DNA of 62,080 bases, filler included, from Pirum gemmata (Eukaryota), in the NCBI GenBank assembly GCA_002812295.1. It is 19 parts of 19 records of this genome, joined end to end, with 100 filler letters (N's around TTAATTAATTAA, not from the genome) between each part and the next. Parts side by side here need not be neighbours in the genome. Positions count along the whole stretch, not along the records: positions 52,352 to 55,545 come from PDIN01003258.1; positions 55,646 to 58,815 come from PDIN01003259.1; positions 58,916 to 62,080 come from PDIN01003260.1; 16 more parts are not named here. One strand, given 5' to 3'. The translations under genes were made by a program, and so were the position numbers. Numbering within the stretch: position 1 is the first letter of the stretch; the number at the start of each line of letters is the position of its first letter. The notes beneath the pieces were generated by a model that saw nothing but the letters and a program-made list of their open reading frames with translations, had not been told where the DNA came from and made no database searches. Positions 52,740 through 62,080 of this stretch are shown one piece after another.

Positions 52740-55396
52740 CCATTCTTACTCCACAAAAGCTCTTACTATTATTTTTGGCAAGTTTGCCATCAGCATCCTT
52801 TAGATCTAAAAGTTTACGTTTCACACCCAACTTTTCACTTCCCTCTAAAATCCATTTTTCCATTAACGTAAATTCATTGTTACAGGCGTAATGCAAAACT
52901 GTCTTTCCCTCCAAATCCTGTTGACAAATATCAAAGGTTGTTTTGTAGTCCTTTATGTATTCTTCATATGCAATTTTAGCTACTTTCAAATTGTCAAATT
53001 CACAACTTAACATAAAGAACGTTTTTTTCATGACAGAGATATCCTTCGTTCCAAAAACGCTCACAAAGGTTTTGACCGCTTCCGTGTGATCCTCCATTTT
53101 TTCTAAAAATTTTGATGACAGCAATTCATAAATGGTGGCGGCAAGTGTTGGATAATTTGCTTGCGAAAAAATAGTTTCTGAAATTAATTTTAAACTTTTA
53201 AAACATTTAGATTGAAGCAATTTTTTAAAAAAATCTAAAGCGTCCTTTTCATTGCTTTTATATTTTTCATCATATAAAAGAAGTGTAAGACGTGGAGGAT
53301 CAAACTCGTAACAAAGTTCTTCAATAGATACATCTCCAACACAGTCTTCAAAATCTAGTTCTTCACATTTTCGGTATTCTTCAAGTTTATCTTTTTCGAC
53401 AATATCCTTAATCTTATCATCCAAATTCTTTTTTTCCAATTCTTCTTTCTGTAGATTCTTTGGAACTTTAGATGCCATTCTTCTATCTTTTAACTTTTTA
53501 TGAACTTTACAGTAGCCGGGTAAATATTGTTCGCTGTTTCCTTTTTCAATCTTTTTAGTACACCTCACTGACGTCTTTGATTGTTTTTTAAATAGGATGT
53601 GATGACATATTTCACAATTTGTGGAGCCAATGGGAATCATTTTACCACATTTTTCAGGTGTATCTATAGAATATTTTAAAGAGATTTTTTTTTTTTAATA
53701 CGATTGAAACCCAAATCTACTTTTATGTATTTATACAGAAAATTTATTTTTTTGCTAACGGTTAAGGGTTAACATTTAAAGGTTAAAAAGGTTAAGGGCC
53801 AAGGGTTAAGGGTTAAGGGTTGGGGGTTAAGGGTTAAGGGTTAAGGGTTAAGGGTTAAGGGTTAAGGGTTAAGGGTTAAGGGTTAAGGGTTAAGGGTTAA
53901 GGGTTAAGGGTTAAGGGTTAGGGTTAGGGTTTAAGNNNNNNNNNNNNNNNNNNNNNNAAGGGTTAAGGGTTAAGGGTTAAGGGTTAAGGGTTAAGGGTTA
54001 ATACTTCGCGATCAAAGCAAAGTAAACAAAACCCAAATAAGTGAAAATAATTCACAACAAATCGACACCAATCAAAAAAGCAAAACGCTATTTAAAACAA
54101 TACGACAAACAACAAATAACAAACGAAAAATTAAAAGGAAAAAAGTTTGAAAGGGGGCTAAGGATTAAGGGTTAAGGGTTAAGGGTTAAGGGTTAAGGGT
54201 TGAGGGTTAAGGTTTAAGGTTTAAGGTTTAAGGTTTAAGGGTTAAGGGTTAAGGGTTAATGGTTTAGAGTCAAGGGTTAAGGGTTAAGTTAAGGGTTAAT
54301 ACTTCGATCAAGGCAAATTAAACAAAACCCAAATAAGTGAAAATAATTCACAACAAATCAACCCCAATCAAAAAAGCAAAACGCTATTTAAAACAATACG
54401 ACAAACAATAAATAACAAACGAAGAGTTAAGGATTAAGGGTTAAGAGATAAGAGTTAAGAGTTAAGGGTTGACAGTTAAGGGTTAGGGGTTAGTGGTTAA
54501 GGGTTAAGGTTTAAGGTTTAAAGCTACGTGCTACGGGTGTAGAGTTTAGATTATGGTTTAAGGCTCATGAATTAAAGGTTAAAGGTTAAGGTTTAAGGGT
54601 AAGCCAGCAAGAAGATTGAGCAGACGGAATTCTATACTTCGCTCAAGGCAAAGTAAGCAAAACCCAAACAAGTGAAAATAATTCACAACAAATCGACCCC
54701 AATCAAAAAAACGCTATTTAAAACAATGCGACAAACAACAAATAAAAAACGAAAAATTAAAAGGAAAAAAGTTTAAAACATACTTTCCGTTTTGTATTTT
54801 ACTTTAATTTCACATTCGTCTTCTCCGAACTCTCGCTGTTGCTCTTGGTTTTTTTGCCCTGACTTTTTTTCATCTAACTTTGGCTTTTGATCATTCTTAT
54901 TATCTTTCATATCTAAGGTAAGAGTTGGATTAGGGAAAAATCGAGATAGTTAGAGTATGGGTTAGAATCAAGGGTTGTGGGGTATATATGGAATATATGT
55001 TAGTGTTATGGTTTCGGTAACAAATTAATTCGGTGAGGGGTGAGTTGCAGAAACGAAAAATACGAAAAAAAAAACATACCTGAAGAAAGATTTCGTAAAC
55101 ACAAAATCTGGGAAAGTTCGTCTAACCTTTTTTTATTTACAAGCTGAAATTTTTTAAAACACCAAGTATCACTCTCAATATTGGTTCATTGAAAAATGCT
55201 AACTTAGTTTTTGGATTGTAATCCGCATACGTATTACTTCTGGCTTTGCTAAACAAAGTTAAATTACCAATCTTACCATTATTTGCCCTTAATTGTTCCT
55301 TTTGTCCCCAAGTATCATCCAATTCAATATTACCCACAAGTGGGAAAAACGTGGCTATATCAATACTTGATACATTAATTATATTGAGGGGTTCGC
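52740..55396 (-). CDS. Multidomain protein: degenerate DUF1524-like HNH region, Cys/His Zn fingers, ankyrin repeats; exons 55396-55080 (frameshifted), 54912-54784, 53663-52740; partial at both ends
   Basis: Ankyrin QDLEGKTVLHYAC...LLDLKDADGKLA; C-x13-C-x9-C-x2-C and RC...GYCKVH; KIGNLTLFSKARSN; phase-1 introns link the exons. Confidence 0.6.
53758..54780. repeat. Intronic (AAGGGTT)n arrays interleaved with three copies of a ~125-150-bp unit
   Basis: ATACTTCG...CAAAACCCAAA(T/C)AAGTGAAAATAATTCACAACAAATC at ~54001, ~54299 and ~54634. Confidence 0.88.
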
Positions 55397-55806
55397 CTAG
55401 ACTAAACACGAAACAAAAAAAAAAGTGTATAAGAAGGCATAGTTAATACATATGTTATATGTATACTTATCTTATAAACGTTCATTATAAGAAAACACAC
55501 AAATATAAACATAATATAACATAACATAACATACATAACATATATNNNNNNNNNNNNNNNNNNNNNNNNNNNNNNNNNNNNNNNNNNNNTTAATTAATTA
55601 ANNNNNNNNNNNNNNNNNNNNNNNNNNNNNNNNNNNNNNNNNNNNTGTTGTTGTTGTTGTTGTTGTTATTTTCGTACTAAATTCTTAATAAATACCAATG
55701 AACACCCACCCAACCAACCAACCAACCAACCAACCAACCAACCAACTATACAACAAACCAACAACAGACAAAACAAACAACAAACAGACAAACAAACAAA
55801 ACACAC

Positions 55807-56508
55807 CTTTCCTCTCACAATGCTATTTTCATCTAACACCATTCTAGCTAAGGCTTGAGAGCCTGGCCAATAAAATCCCCAAAATGGAGCTTCAAAACCA
55901 AAAATATTTTTTAAAAATTCTAAATCATTTTCGTGTGCACTCAGTAAGCTACAATTTTTTGTTATCAATCGAAAAAAAAGTTCTGGGGTAAGATGTGAAC
56001 TTTTTTGTTGGCTTTGTAGTGTTGTGCTATTATTATTGGCATAGGCATTTTTATTAATAGATTCGCTGTATTCATTATCTTTCTTGTCATTATTATTATG
56101 GTAAATAAGCTTACTATTATTTTGATAGAGTGATGGTCTTATTTCTGTATTGTTGATGATGAACAAGCTGTCCAGTCTTAGATTAGGCTGTTGATGACCA
56201 ATTATATTATCATATTCATCATTGTTTAATGTAACACTTTGTATTTTATTATTATTATTGTATGTGTCAACTTTTTTTAAATCATTGAAGGTACTGCTAC
56301 TACAGTTCACGACGTTACTATTATCATTGTTGTTGTTGTGGTTGTTGTGGTTGTTGTGGTTGTTGTGGTTGTTGTGGTTGTTGTGGTTGTTATATTCGCT
56401 TGTGATTATTATATTTTCGGTAGTACAAATAGTTCTACTAAAATAATTATAATTCTTAAAACAAAACTTCAAAAGTAGTGGATTGAACTGAAAATTTTGT
56501 TTTATCAT
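55807..56508 (-). CDS. ETFBKMT: ETF-beta lysine methyltransferase (METTL20), first exon, 3' partial
   Basis: LTPELFFRLIT..C...PFWGFYWPGSQALARMVLD...VRGK then a GT donor, matching the METTL20 LTPEI.LRL..PYWAIYWPGGQAL.R..VVRGK pattern; mitochondrial presequence-like N-terminus. Confidence 0.82.
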
Positions 56509-56529
56509 TTTTTATATTTACTTTTTTGA

Positions 56530-56567
<38 letters not shown>

Positions 56568-56683
56568 GGATAACGCTAACGCTATTTGATTATTGTAAAT
56601 TATTTGTTTTTTTTTTATAGATATTTTGCAGGTACCAAAAAAAGTGTCATGGTCAGGTTAAAAACAGTTAATATAATATTAAA

Positions 56684-57149
56684 TGGAACATTTTTGAAGC
56701 TGGAACATTTTTTTTTTTTTTGTTCCAAAAAATGTTCCACTTTATACCCTTTAAACGTGGTGGAAAAAAGTAGTGGAACATTTTTTTTTTTTAGTGTTTT
56801 TTTTTCTCTATTCTATAGATATACTTATGAGTAAAAAAGGTGGTGGAACATTTTTGAATTTTTTTACATATTATTATTGCTATGTTTTATATGGTCATTT
56901 GTATAAATATTAAAATATACAAATGTATATATAATATATAAAACAAAAAACAGCATTTTTTGTGAAAAATGTTCCACCATCTTTTTTACTCATAAGTATA
57001 TCTATAGAATAGAGAAAAAAAAAACACTAAAAAAAAAAAATGTTCCACTACTTTTTTCCACCACGTTTAAAGGGTATAAAGTGNNNNNNNNNTGGAACAT
57101 TTTTTGGAACAAAAAAAAAAAAAAATGTTCCAGCTTCAAAAAAAGTTCC
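56684..57149. repeat. ~465-bp palindrome with iterated TGGAACA motifs (candidate replication origin)
   Basis: Arms ~56684-56855 and ~56965-57149 are near-perfect reverse complements around a ~110-bp AT-rich core; 5-6 TGGAACA/TGTTCCA-type motifs per arm. Confidence 0.85.
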
Positions 57150-57153
57150 CCTA

Positions 57154-57196
57154 TTATTCTACGATTATACAAATTTCATCATCATTATTATTATTA

Positions 57197-57227
<31 letters not shown>

Positions 57228-58815
57228 CATTATTATTATTATTATTATCATTATCAGTATTATCAAAACCCAACCAAACTCTTGTTTTTTTACCAAAAAT
57301 TCTTTTGTTTGATTTTTCACCTAAACCTAACATTGTTAGTCCATTTTCAATATCTTTTGGCCCAGGTTTAGGGTAACCATTTCTTCTCATGTAATCACTA
57401 TATTCTTGTTTAAAATCCTTAATCGGGTAATATTTATCATCTGCTTTTTCATAGTTTTCCTCGAAGAACTCCTTAAAACAATCTACATCATCAATGCAAT
57501 TTTGTACTTTTTTATTAATCATATCACACATTCGAATTTTTTTCCCCAAAAATAGATCCTTACAATAAAGAGCACAAATAGTAAACAATTCACCAATGTT
57601 TTCTTTTAAAATAGTCTCAACACCATCAATTCTGGGATAAACATTTTTTTTACCTTTTTTTTCTTCTTCGTCAACATTTTTTGCAAAAAATGACATAAAA
57701 GGAATCACACATAACCTACTTAATTGAGACTTATCTGTAGCATCGAATTCAGGCATGTAATTACACGGAACCGCCATATTACAAACAAGAAGGTGTTGTT
57801 CACTTTTTGGACTATGAGCTTTCCTCATACATAGAGGGTCGTTACCAGTGATTGATTTTACCATTTCAACGTTAATTTTATCCGTTTTTTTAATCTCTGG
57901 ACACCAAGCCAGTCTGTAATTGATTAAAGGGAATAAATGTGATGAGTGTGAACCAGTGCTTGCGTCTGGCCTTTCAATTACAATGCTTTTATCACATATT
58001 CCACTCATCTCTCCAAGCATGTATTCAACAATTGATCTCATGACACTTTTACCATTATCACCAATACCATTAAGAAAAAATATAAGTTTCTCATTGTTCA
58101 ACCCGGTTAACCAATAACCAATTATTTTGTATACATTTTTTAATAGCTCATCATCCGGAAAAATAGTTTTGAATAATTTGTTTGTTGTACAATTCTCAAT
58201 ATCTAAATTATCAATGAAATGACAAGGTGTAGCGCAAGAAAAAAAATGCTGTTTTTCTCTTGGAATAACTCGTTGTTGCTTAAAATCATACACTTTGTTA
58301 TCTTTTAGAGGAAACAGGTGCTCGATTCGATTAAAATAGAAGTGATCATCTATTATAGATGGATCACCTTTTAACAAAAGTAAACAATTTTTCATAAAAG
58401 GAGTTTGACCGATTTTTTTTTGACCTTTTTGTATACTTTCTATTTCTTTATCTTGTAGCACGTTTTTATTTTTTTCAAAAATATATAACTTAAAATTATG
58501 TTGTATTTTTGTCATCATGTAATGTATCATTTTGTTATCATTTTTTTCTACCCATAGTTTACATTGATCATCATATACATACATTTGGTCTCTTACATGC
58601 TTTATTTCATTCTTTAAAAAACTCAGCAAATAATCAACACAAGCTTTTTCATTTTTTTGACTAACATACACATCCGCCGCACTAAATATGTTTTCTTTTT
58701 TTACAAATACAGTTTGTTTCCAACGCAAATATTCATCATTATTATTAATTTTATTTTTTATTTCTAATAATAAAGAAGGATAGTTTTTTTGTTTGTTTTG
58801 ATGATCCACGCGTGA
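57154..58815 (-). CDS. D5/P4-type primase-helicase (D5_N + SF3 helicase + winged helix), intronless, probably 5' truncated by scaffold end; viral/mobile-element origin
   Basis: Walker A NGIGDNGKS, Walker B-like RLAWCPE, VKSITGND...R, motif C VPCNYMP, Arg finger SRLCVIPF; D5_N YVYD...LW and HLFPLKDNKVYDFK; C-terminal FKEFFEE...Y..YMRRNG...WLGF. Confidence 0.9.
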
Positions 58816-60722
58816 NNNNNNNNNNNNNNNNNNNNNNNNNNNNNNNNNNNNNNNNNNNNTTAATTAATTAANNNNNNNNNNNNNNNNNNNNNNNNNNNNN
58901 NNNNNNNNNNNNNNNTGTTTTTGTTTTTGTTTTTGTTTTTGTTTCTGTTTTTTGTTTTTTCAAACTTTAGACCCCCTCCGTCTATATCAAAAAATGATAT
59001 TATTATTATTATTATGGAGACAGTGTAGTATATTATAATATTGTAAATATTAATAATAATATAACAATAATAATAATAATAATATATACTTATATAAAAC
59101 TATGATATTTATACAATAAAAGTTGCACCTCTATCTTTAGGTCTATATAATATAAATACGCGTACACTATATTATTATGATGTAATAAATTTTTATTTTT
59201 TAAAAAATGATACGATAAAATTAAATTCTAATGTATGTAAAACTTATTATAGTATGATATTGAATAAAAATGTATGTAGACACTAGATGTAGACTAATAA
59301 GGATTTTTTCAAGGGGTCTTTATCCCATAGGTCTTTATCTTTATTCAGAGTTATGAATTTATGATAATAGACTATTCAGAGAGACTAGCTAGACTCTAGC
59401 TAGAGCACTACTACTAGAGCTCTAGCTAGTAGCTACGTGTCATTTGTAAACCCTCAACCTTTTTTTTTTAGACTAACCCTAAAAAAAAAATTAGGTAGGT
59501 ATTGACGTGTCCTCAAAAAAAAATATGTAAACCTAAAAAGAGGTTGACTAAAAAAAAAAAAAAATCACAAAAAAGTTTGGAATTGGTGGTTGATCAAAAC
59601 CTCCAAAAAATCAGTGTAACCCCCTACTCTAGCTAGTAGTAGGCCCCAGGCCTATTGTACTTTTCATTAAAAAAATAATAATTATTTAAAATAATTAATT
59701 TAATTTTGTTTTGTCATTTTATAATATACAATAAATAAGTAATAAATAGTACCAAATTAATATAATATAAATTCATTTAGTCTAATTTGGTATATTTTTT
59801 TATCTGTAACCCTACTTTTTGATTAAATAATATAATATAGTCTAAGTTTGATAATAATGATATAATGATTATACAATAAAAATCTGGGGCCATTAGCCAT
59901 TAGTAAAGTGCTATCTATTATTTATTTTTAATCTAGACTATGAATAATGGAGAACTTTTGGGCAAATAGAATAATAATAATAGTACTAGTATTGATAATA
60001 AATTAATAATGATATTCTTTGTCAATCATACAATCTGCTACATTATTAATTGTATCGATATCTGATCATACAAAAATATAAGCAAAGTAAGCATAAGTAC
60101 TAAGCAAAAGTAGTCAATCAAAAGTCTGAAGAAGCAAAAGTGATAACCCAAATTGATTACCTTAGCTTTAGAGCTCATCGTACAGTTTTTCGTACTAAGT
60201 GCGTTTTACCTCCAAATAATCTATTAAAAAATAGTAATATTTTACAAATACGGTGCTTTAGATTTAGTAGTACCGGGGTACTTATATATCATACGGGATT
60301 CATACAGTAATTCATACCAAATGTTCAACAATAATAATTATTATGATATTTGTATGATATCACTTTACCTTCACCCAGACCTATTTATTAAAATAATATA
60401 TTAGGGATAGCATTGAAGGACTTAGCAAGGAGTTCAAGTTTTTTTTTTTTCTTGAGCTCTTTTGAATATTGTAAAATATTAAAAAAATTTTATTTATTAT
60501 CATATTATTATTATTTATTTATTAAAAGGAGTTTGAATATAAAGCCTTCACGTAATTTGCTCTTCTATTAGAAGTACGACAGAGTACTACCTATACGATT
60601 AAATATTTTATAAAACATAGCCGTATGACCAATTTCTGTACACAAACAATGTGCATACTCGTGTAACAGTACATAGAATAACACCTTATAAATTTAAAAA
60701 AAAAAAAAAAAAAAAAATAAAA

Positions 60723-60763
<41 letters not shown>

Positions 60764-61194
60764 ACACCAGTATGTAATTGACCAATCCAGTTTTGGTAGT
60801 ATTACTACCTTTTTGAGTAATATTTTTTTTTAAAAAAAAAAAGTCTACACGCCACGCCGCCTCTACTAGCTAGCTAGTAGTGCTAAAGGCCTCGAGTACA
60901 CATGTGTTACATGTGTACAGGTGACAACGACCTTTATAATGTTTGTCACCCATACGTTTGTCAACCGTGACACGGGTTTACTTTACATGGAAACTATCAA
61001 TACTTCTTTGTTGTACTTTGTTTACTTATATACACCTTTATAAGTTCAAATTCACATTTTTATGGTAATTCTGCTTCTAAATATGAGTTTTAAACAAATT
61101 TATAAACAGCCAAAATACCGGTATGGGGTAGGTATTTCAGTGCCATATTTAGTACTTTTATTTTATATAATTAGCTTTAAAAAATTAAATTGCA

Positions 61195-61500
61195 TCTATA
61201 ATTAGCGTTAACTTAAATTAGCTTTAAACTACCTCTCTAATTGGTTCTATAATTAGCTTTAAACTACCTATCTAATTGTACCTATAAGTAGCTTTGGTTC
61301 AATTAGTGTTGGTTCCATTAGCTTTGGTTCAATTAGTGTTGGTTCCATAATTAGCGTTGGTTCAATTAGTGTTGGTTCCATAATTAGCGTTGGTTCCATA
61401 ATTAGTGTTGGTTCCATAATTAGTGTTGGTTCCATAATTAGCGTTGGTTCCATAATTAGTGTTGGTTCCATAATTGCCATAATTAGCGTTGGTTCCATAA
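61195..61500. repeat. 18-bp minisatellite (ATAATTAG(C/T)GTTGGTTCC)n
   Basis: Directly visible; reads as (MEPTLI)n on the minus strand. Confidence 0.88.
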
Positions 61501-61960
61501 TTCCAAGTTAATTAAGTCCTAAGTCCTAAATCATATCTCCTAAGTCCTAGCTACATACTATATATTAATATATCTTAGCTCCATAATTATACTATAGACT
61601 ATAGCTAAGTTAAGTCCTATTAATAACTAATTTCAAGTTACTTAGCTGCATAATTTTACTAGACTATAGCTAATTCCAAGTTACTAGTTAATAAGTCCTA
61701 GTTAATAAATTATAAAATTAATAAGTCCTAAAACATTATTTATATAAATTATAAAATTAATAATTATGTCCTAACTAATTCCAAATTACTTAGCTCCATA
61801 ATTATACTACACTATAACTAATTCCAAGTTATTTAAGTCCTAAGTCCTAGTTAATAAGTCCTAACTAATATTAATAAGTCCTAGTTAATAAATTATAAAA
61901 TTAATAAGTCCTAAAACATTATAAATTATAAAATTAATATGTCCTAAAACATTATAAATT
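61500..61960. repeat. Degenerate AT-rich tandem repeats built from TAAGTCCTA, AATTCCAAGTTA and ATAATTATACTAGACTATAGCT modules
   Basis: Modules recur several times in this interval. Confidence 0.7.
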
Positions 61961-62080
61961 ATAAAATTAATATAAATCCAAAAACATATAATATTATTAT
62001 AAATTATTAATATAAAATTAATAATACTAATAACATAATAATATATAATTTTATATAATAATAATAATAACATAATATAT

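Noticed and set aside
3178..58915. Regularly spaced TTAATTAATTAA motif every ~3.27 kb
   Set aside because: Artificial six-frame-stop linker embedded in Ns, not biological. Cross-linker gene neighbourhoods (e.g. ankyrin gene next to METTL20) were therefore not interpreted.
60890..61145. Minus-strand VTVDKRMGDKHYKGRCHLYTCNTC, faintly like a His-Me finger
   Set aside because: Short, interrupted by stops, key residues missing; cannot be supported without a profile search.
61268..61498. (MEPTLI)n ORF
   Set aside because: Read-through of an 18-bp minisatellite with no non-repetitive coding context.
1..62080. tRNA, rRNA or snRNA genes
   Set aside because: None recognised by eye; a covariance-model scan (tRNAscan-SE, Infernal/Rfam) would be needed to exclude them.

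Overview
This is not a contiguous locus. It is a concatenation of 19 unrelated ~3.15-3.2 kb scaffolds joined by 18 artificial 100-bp linkers (N44-TTAATTAATTAA-N44), so synteny across linkers is meaningless. The source is a very AT-rich, microsatellite-laden, intron-containing (GT-AG) eukaryote with TTAGGG-type repeats. The proteins look opisthokont/holozoan-like (inference only; taxon not determined). Recognisable genes, mostly partial and spliced: clathrin heavy chain, LctP-family lactate permease, coilin, UBA1, a flavin-containing monooxygenase, Arp8, a six-hairpin glycosidase-like protein, METTL20/ETFBKMT, a calcineurin-like metallophosphoesterase, an ankyrin/Zn-finger protein and several unknown micro-exon genes. 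Two MITE families and several fold-back elements populate the intergenic scaffolds. Best candidates for something new: (1) an intronless D5/P4-type SF3 helicase with a C-terminal winged helix whose stop codon abuts a ~465-bp iteron-studded palindrome (ori-like), upstream of the host METTL20 gene; (2) a bacterial-type metallophosphoesterase flanked by two R-x-R-R sites, each followed by an amphipathic cecropin-like segment; (3) a spliced gene with a degenerate DUF1524/GmrSD-C-like HNH domain fused to Zn fingers and ankyrin repeats. All family assignments are by-eye motif recognition, not database searches.
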